Below are positions 56,938-64,000 of a stretch of DNA of 64,000 nt, piece after piece. How positions within the stretch are numbered: the stretch's first letter is position 1; each line of letters opens with the position of its first letter. Source of the DNA: Ptychomitrium polyphyllum (Eukaryota); assembly GCA_973851085.1 (NCBI GenBank), contig OZ316776.1:7502001-7566000 (forward strand). The letters are read 5' to 3'. The notes under the pieces are model-generated. The model made no database searches. It was not told the origin of the DNA and worked only from the letters and a program-made list of their open reading frames with translations. The position numbers and the translations under genes are program-made.

Positions 56938-58765
56938 TTATGGCACTCCAAATGCAATATCTTTATTCTTCTCGCCAAAACCAAAGTACACTGACCCCCA
57001 GTCATGATTTGTGGCCGAGTAATACGTGAAGTATCCAGGCCAGGTGAGACTCCGCACAACAACGTCATTCTGCAACGGAACAGAGTATACACTCCATGAT
57101 CCTGGTAATAGCATCTCACACTAAATGAGATTCTATTATGAATTGGAACTGCTTATGTCATTCAACTTCAGGTTCTCAGATTTCATCCACTTGAATGACA
57201 GTTTACCTGGGAGGTCTTTTGAAAGTGGCGCTGTCATGTAACCCTCGAATAGGTGACAGTAAGAATCTAGCTCATCGATAAATTTTGGTCCTTCAATTCA
57301 CACACAACAGGAACCCACGTCAGCGTATTTACTTAGGCGTAAACTCGCAAGCTTGTCATGACATGTGATGGATAAATTTGCAAATTATAATGCTTCCTGT
57401 ACATGCAAAACATACAGGTATTCGAGGGCGTGTATATTGACCTGTGAAGGCAGGGTTTTTGATAAGTACATCGTTCGGTGTAAGAACCAAAGAGTTGAGT
57501 GGGACCACGCCACACTCTTCATCAATCCATTTCATCAGCCCACACAATCTTTCAAGCTGTGCCCACATGAGAGACAAACTCAGAGCTGCACCACTCAAAC
57601 AATTTTTTACTCGAGGATTATGCATATAGTAAATCGTGATTGACAAACAACATAAATATAACACAAGTAAAGTCATACGCTGGATGAAATGTGAAGTACC
57701 TCGGGGAGCTCAATGCCAGCGGGAATCTCCTCGCCTTCACCCTCTTCGCCTTCACTCCCTTCACCTTCAGCGACTTCCTCATCTTCTATGACCTAGAAAA
57801 GGGTGTCAACATTTTATTATTTTTATAGATTCAAGAAACTTGGGAGTTTGGAAATGCACCCACTTAAAGGACATTCTTCAAGATGGATTCTCCATTGTAA
57901 TACCTTTGCCTCTTCTGGTTCACCAGGAGCGTCTTCAGAATCGTCTCCTTCACCCTCAGTTTCAGTTTCTGCCTCTTTCTCCTCATCCTCAGATCCTGTT
58001 TTCTCGTCCGTTGCAGAGGATCCTGACTTGTCTCCCTCCATTGCTGGCTCAACAACTGCAAAACATCATCGCACGGTGTGAATGTATCAGTACTTGGTTC
58101 CTTTGTAACCTCACTACACATGAAGACGTCAAAAACCTTGGGAAAGGAATAGACAGGAGAAAGAGTGCAGAAGAATCACATTTATCATACTCAGATGGTT
58201 TAATTGGGTCAGGAATAACAAGCTGAACGGTGGCAGGGTCGCCCGTGAATGGCCCTTTGGCGCTCCTGCACAAAGCGTATCTATAATCATTCTCTGGCGG
58301 CTGCAGATCCAGCCACAAAACGCCATCTTGGCTGCAAGCAACAAGTATGAACTTTTGAAAACAAAGTTGTGCACAAAACTTGTTTTTCGCTACATAAGCT
58401 CAATTAATTGAGAATCTTACAAGTTCACTCTGTACAAATGAACAGATCAGAATTTAGAATCACGTATTGACCTAAAAAGTGAGTGATTTGAAAACCTAAC
58501 TGGTGTTTGAATTTCCTTACGTGTAATAGTACTTGGTGTCGAATACGAGTTTCCTCCCTATACGCTTGGCGCTCACGTACCCTTCTGCAAGGATGTAGTC
58601 ATTGCCAGTAGATGTAAAAATTCTGCCCCAGAAAGCCAACGTCTGCAATCCTGCGTCCTGGCGCTTCACTTTCAGAGAAATATCCAGGGCCGCTCTGTGT
58701 TCCGAAGGCAGTACGCACCCATTCCCTGCAAGTGCCTCGAGTAAAAGAGTCAAATTATTGTCCAT
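56938..58765 (-). CDS. RSP9: Flagellar radial spoke head protein 9 homolog (7 exons)
   Basis: Exons: 58765-58521, 58331-58180, 58055-57904, 57792-57700, 57556-57442, 57290-57207, 57101-56938. They give LAFWGRIF..GNDYILAEG, YYTQDGVLWLDL, GPFTGDP, ERLCGLMKWIDEECGVVP, TPNDVLIKNPAFTG, LDSYCHL, KDLPGSWS, VRSLTWPGY and GSVYFGFGEKNKDI, which are RSPH9 signature blocks. Confidence 0.88.
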
Positions 58766-59287
58766 GACTCGCCAAGATCCTGTTTGAACCGTACATGTAA
58801 CTCTAAGAGGGAATCAATGCAAGAGATTTCTTGCATGATTCCAGAGCCTCACATCACTTCGACCCTCGTAAGGAGCTCCTTCCGTAGCATGTATGAAAGT
58901 CCATGTTTGTGGCTTCGGGATGACACCATGGAGCGAACAACGAAGATGGCGGTTATGATTCCCTCAGACCAAGGCAGCCGCCCTGTCCAGTAGCTTCGGC
59001 CGGAGCTGTAGGTTAGTTGCTCACCTGTGACTTCGAAACGATTAATTTAACACATGGGTATGCATTCACATTTGCGGACTCTGCTGATATCAGGCTACTA
59101 AGTTGACTTATAGAAGTGACCACAAAGAGCATCACCTTGATAGGCATTAACACCAACGTGCAAAGCTGAGTCAAAAGTTCGCAGTTTCGAAATATGGATC
59201 ACGTGACTACTCTTAGATCACAGACACAAAATCATTTTCTCTATATTCAAAACTCAACAAAATAGAGGATAGCCCTGAGTGGCTTAA

Positions 59288-61439
59288 TCAGACAATGGCG
59301 TTCAGGGGCTCCTTCACAGGCCAACCCCGACATGCACAGTGAACTTTCGCTAATGTGGCCATATAGTCGCCTGACCTGTCAAAACTCAAGATGAAACGAA
59401 ACGGTCAATACCTCGGAAAAAGGGGAATCCACCTAATTTAGTTTCTACGAGCAAGTAATTTTGTAATTTTCTCAAAATGGAAGTAAATAGTATGTGCATG
59501 ACATTAGTTGATGCTCTGCATTTACTGAACAATTCCTGCTTTCTTAAAGTTTCATGAGAAGACCAACATCTCACCTAGACCCATATGGACTCGAAACTGC
59601 AGCAATCATGGCGTCCTTGGCAGCTTCTATCTCTTCCTGGAGTTCACAACAAAACTCCAACTTGTAATGTCAGCCAAGAAAGGACAAAATATTTCGGATT
59701 CTGGAAAAAAATTATCTTGCGTTTCGATTAACGTACTTTTAAATGCAAAAGAATAATGTGAACAGAAGATGCTGCGCTAACAAGAGACACCAGGAGCCAC
59801 TGAATGAGCAGAATCTAGAGCCCCTTACCTTTGCTTCATGATACAAACCCACATACAAATATGCGTAGAAGAAGTCATGCGAGTTGGCGCTTGCAAGACT
59901 CAAAAGCTGCATTTCCTCATTGCAACAATTAAGAGAAGTACAATGGACAATAACATCTTTTCTGAATTTAGTTCATGCTCCTGAAAGATGATTTGAAATG
60001 CACAATCCTACCTCTTCGGTGTCCCCCCCACCTCTGAATAACTCGTATGCAGATCGCATTACAGGTCTGCTATCTCGTCCAACCTGTAGGCAGTCCAAAC
60101 TTACAGGTGGGTGAAGATCCCAAGTCGATAGAAGATTTGTTGATCTTCAAAACCTCTATTAGGTTTAATTAACTATTCAAAAACAACAGCCGATTAAATG
60201 AAAAAGCCCACCTCAAGAAACCGTTTTCGAGCTTCCTCTGCCCCGTCTAGCTGAGCCTCACAGAGAAAGCACCAAATTGACTGTATCGACTTACCAATAA
60301 GAATGTGTCAATGAGGTTTGAATTCTTGAAAGACCGACAATAATGAAGGACTACAAAACATCATCCTTGATGACACTACTGGGAACACGAATAGCTAAAT
60401 GAAGCACTCTAAAGCTATCTCCTGTGCAGGTTCCGAAATAAAGCATGCTTGCCTCTTCTGTATCATTGGGATTCACAGCAACATCAATTCGGAACTGCTG
60501 CGCACCTTCTTCAAATCTGCAACGTGAGAACAATTTCGTGAAATTAACATGGGTCCATGTACATCCATTGAACTAAAAACCACACTTGCAGAAGGAAAGA
60601 CATAGAAGAAATTAAATCATTAGACAATTCTACAGATGATCAAGATACAAGTACCTATTTAGATAGTAGAGAGAAAGGCCCCGTTGCCATAAATCTGCAC
60701 CCACAGTTGAATGCACACTGCAACTGAGACCAGGAGTTTCTATGACCTAGTGCAAACAGAGGATAGCAAGAAGTGCAAGGTCCATCGTCACAAGTTATAC
60801 TTCCAATCAGCCCATTAGTCCTTAATTGATCTACCCTGCAAAGTTTATGACCGCACATAGTCTCTGCCGGGGATCCAGCTCCAGCGCCTTATCGAACTCC
60901 ACCACAGACCCCTTCACATCCCCCTGTGCTCACCAACCATTTTCAAAACACAAAGCTAATCAAATCACAAGGAGCCCTAAACTCACAATTCAAAATTAGG
61001 ATTCTCAAGAAGCTCAGATTTCATTCTCTAAAGACTCAGCTCTTAAATTGATCATTACTACTGCATTCCAACATCGACAACAGATAAGCAACCCCATTCA
61101 AACCTGGGCAAATAATTGCATGCCGCGACGAGTTGCGAGAATGGCAGCTTCTCGCCCGCCAGCTCCAGAGGTGGCCATAGCACGAGCGGCCACAGCGACG
61201 ACAGCCACAGCTGCAGAACCCACTAGAACGGCAGTGCCCACCACGCTGCCCACCACAAGGCCTCGCCGGCCTCCACCCCTTCTCTCTGCCACGTCCTTCC
61301 ACGACGATGGCAACGAGTGTCCCCTCACTTGGAGAGTTCCCCCACCCAGCTGTTTGGCTTTCCTCAACCTCGCAGCTTTGCAAGAGCCTCGCAGCAAAGC
61401 GCAAGCGGGGACGTGGGTGAAGTTTGCAAGAGTCGCCAT
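59288..61439 (-). CDS. Plastid-targeted TPR-like protein (NlpI-like; resembles Arabidopsis At3g05625), 9 exons
   Basis: Transit-peptide-like exon 1, then RRGMQLFAQ|GDVKGSVVEFDKALELDPRQRLY|LWQRGLSLYYLNR|FEEGAQQFRIDVAVNPNDTEE|SIWCFLCEAQL...|VGRDSRPVMRSAYELF|...FFYAYLYVGLYHEAK|...|SGDYMATLAKVHCACRGW; stop TGA at 59290-59288. Confidence 0.85.
60281..60452 (-). other. GC-AG intron in the plastid TPR gene
   Basis: Donor GAG|GCAAGC; splicing to TACAG| restores the conserved NPNDTEE-SIWCF. Confidence 0.85.
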
Positions 61440-62177
61440 GGCTGTGTTATAGAATGCAACGAACAGGACTTAGAGAGTGTTGAGGCGTGTCTGCGACTTC
61501 TCATCCCGTTCGCATCAGCCTTGCCGGACCTTTTTCCTGCCTTTTGAAGCCAATGAGTTGATGAGCAGAATTGGGGGGCTTCCATATTAAAGCTGGCCAA
61601 ACTACAGCCCGGTTTCCTGAAACCACCATTGCAGCTCATGTGATGATATGCGTCCAAATTGATCGACGAATCCTAACTTTAGTGGCAATGCAAGCTGCTG
61701 TTACTAGCTTGACGTGGAGGGAATCAATGGTACTGTAGCATCCCAGTGCGCCTATTGATCCACTTTTGTGGTTTTCATTTCTAACATTCTTCAGAAGGCG
61801 AGAAATTACTGAAAGCTGCACTTTCTGTGTGAAGGAGCAATCACCTTTCGATATAAAGACAATTGTGCTGTGAAGCTTGAATGACTTTCCAGAGTGCAAA
61901 AACAGTGGTCTCAACCATGCTCCTAAACTAAATAAAATTCATTATTCTGCATTTAAACACGATACCAGTTGACATGGTTGTTGTCACTAGTTGAACCGGA
62001 AAGGACTCAACTGAGATTGAATTCCTTCTAGACTTTCTCAAAGAGCTCAAATATAGCAAAAACAATTCATGTAAGACATCACTGCTTGTGAAACAAAGGA
62101 ACTTCAAAACCCATACTGCCTAATTAAGATCGACTTTGCATACATCTAACCTCAATCATGTTTCCAGATCCTACAAT

Positions 62178-64000
62178 TTAGCTTCTTGAAGTACTCCCAA
62201 CACTGGCATTGAGAGGTAACATCCAGATCTTGGGCAAGTAGACGGAGCTCATCCATAACACACCCTCTCGTTCCTCCGCGTAGCTCAAGAAACTGGCATT
62301 CTTACCAGACCTGTCCTCAAACGCTTCGATAGCTTCTCCCTCCGGATTAAACTTGACCACCATGGCATCTGGAGGCCCTGTTGTGAGAGCTGAGATGTCA
62401 TCAAACCTCAAGGGCAGGCTGTACAGAAGCCGAAGCAGGTACCAATTGTTTGCAAAAAAGTATTGTAGTCCTGTGAGGCGGCTGTGAAGAGCTACCCAGA
62501 AGTCCCCTTCTCTCGTTCTCCTGATGTTGTCGGGGAACCCTGGCACTTCAGCAAACTCTTCTATGGTTCCTGCTTTGTGCCCTTTCAGCCACAGCTTACC
62601 AATCCTGGTATTCATCACAATCGTCAGAACAACGGTAGTGATTAGTATATTGGTGGAGGCAATGTGGGAAAGATTGCTAGAAAAAATCTCTTAAGCCCCT
62701 GTGCTTTGAACTCTCAAAAACTATGGGAATCTGGAAGTGCTGGAATGTGATTGCAATGTTCAGAAACATAAATAGGAGGAGAAAGAGCCACGTATGACAC
62801 ATGTAGTTTCAGTTTCTTATCTCTCAAAGGAGTTTTATGAAAGACATACGATAGACAGAACAGTGGCAATGGTGGATGACCTCATGGCGAAATAGTGTAA
62901 CGAATGTTTCAGTGAGCAAGTGCAAGGGTCACAAAGCAGGAAGTGAAGTAGGGTGATGTGTCAAAGGCATATACTGAACAGTGGCAAAAGAAATAATTTG
63001 GAGTTATTGGGAGCAATGACTAAAATGTAGTACCTGGATTTTGATGTATATGACAGAAGCAGAAATGAACTGTCTTGCGAAACAGCAACGCCGTTTGGGT
63101 AGAAAAGGTCTCTGGCAACGACCGTAGTCTGCTGGGTTTGTGGATCATATCTCAACACCCTGCCTGACCTGTCTTGCTCGAATGTGACCAGGTTGCACTG
63201 GCTGAGCCCGAACACCAATTCAATGATCAATCTTAAGAAACACAAACTTAATCAAACTTCTCTAAATTAACACATCCTCAAATTAAGAGTTGTGTGAAGT
63301 GGGGTCTTGTGGTCACCTTCGAGGACGGCGGGCACTGCTGTCGGTAAAGTAGACAGTCCCATTCTCATCAAGGTCCAAGTCATTGACAAACTTGAACGGC
63401 ACACTTTCAGCTTGAGTACTCACAGCCTTGGCAATGCCCCCGTGAGGCCCCATAACCACAAGGCCAAAGTAAGCATCAGCGATGTAGAGATTGCCATGCT
63501 TGTCAAACCGAAGCCCCAGTGGCCTTCCACAAACATGCTCATTCTGACTTGAAGGTGGACGCTTATCACATACCTCCGTTCTGCATACCAATCACATTTT
63601 ATGCCGCTTGACCATCACTTAATCAATCGTCCTTGCACCAAATTGGATGCTTACCCGAAAATTGATTGAAAGGTCAACACTTGCCTTGCAGACGAGGTCA
63701 CTACACCATCAAACATTGATCTTTCACACGAAACGATTCTTTAACCCGAAAACGCTTGCAAGCTTACAGAGGAGGTCACCACGAATGTATCCTCAACCAA
63801 AATGTTTGAAGAAAGGATTACCACTAGCCTTCCAGAAGAGGTCATCCCAAATTAATGGATCCTTAACCAAAAAACAATTGGAAGGTACACTTGCCTTAAA
63901 GAAGAGACCGCACCAAACTACTGGATGTTGGACCAAAAATTCATGAAAGAGGATGGTACTTGCCGTATAGGAGAGGTGACCCCAAATGTGAGCCATTGCC
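62178..64000 (-). CDS. Strictosidine synthase-like (SSL) protein, 5'-partial; exons >64000-63964, 63580-63317, 63201-63034, 62604-62178
   Basis: WLTFGVTSPIR|TEVC...EHVCGRPLGLRFDKHGNLYIADAYFGL...PFKFVNDLDLDENGTVYFTDSS...SGRVLRYDP...LFYPNGVAVS...VPGFPDNIRR..EGDFWVAL...EREGVLWMSSV. Confidence 0.93.
63581..63963 (-). other. GC-AG intron in the SSL gene
   Basis: Phase-2 donor ATACG|GCAAGT (consensus GC donor) joins GCAG|A to give TSPIR-TEVC; the nearby GT donor is out of phase. Confidence 0.8.

Overview
Gene-dense, intron-rich eukaryotic nuclear DNA from a flagellated-sperm land plant, most likely a moss. This is inferred from an APR-B-type APS reductase and a radial-spoke gene. Spliced genes, left to right: the 3' end of a B3-domain gene (+), a probable frameshifted PARP/ADP-ribosyltransferase-like pseudogene (-), an SSR1/NDP1-like mitochondrial TPR protein (+), RPS10 (-), an MTP6-like CDF metal transporter (+), RPS3a (+), Fe-S-independent APS reductase APR-B (-), an MTV1/tepsin-like ENTH/VHS protein (-), and a Prp2/DHX16-type DEAH splicing helicase (+). 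About 14 kb of very AT-rich, apparently gene-free DNA follows, punctuated by GC-balanced islands and repeat remnants. The window ends with an SCL32-like GRAS transcription factor (+), flagellar radial spoke head protein RSP9 with a large acidic insertion (-), a plastid TPR protein (-) and a partial strictosidine-synthase-like gene (-). Three GC-AG introns are supported by reading-frame continuity. No rRNA, tRNA, CRISPR array or intact mobile element was found. Family calls rest on remembered motifs, not database searches.
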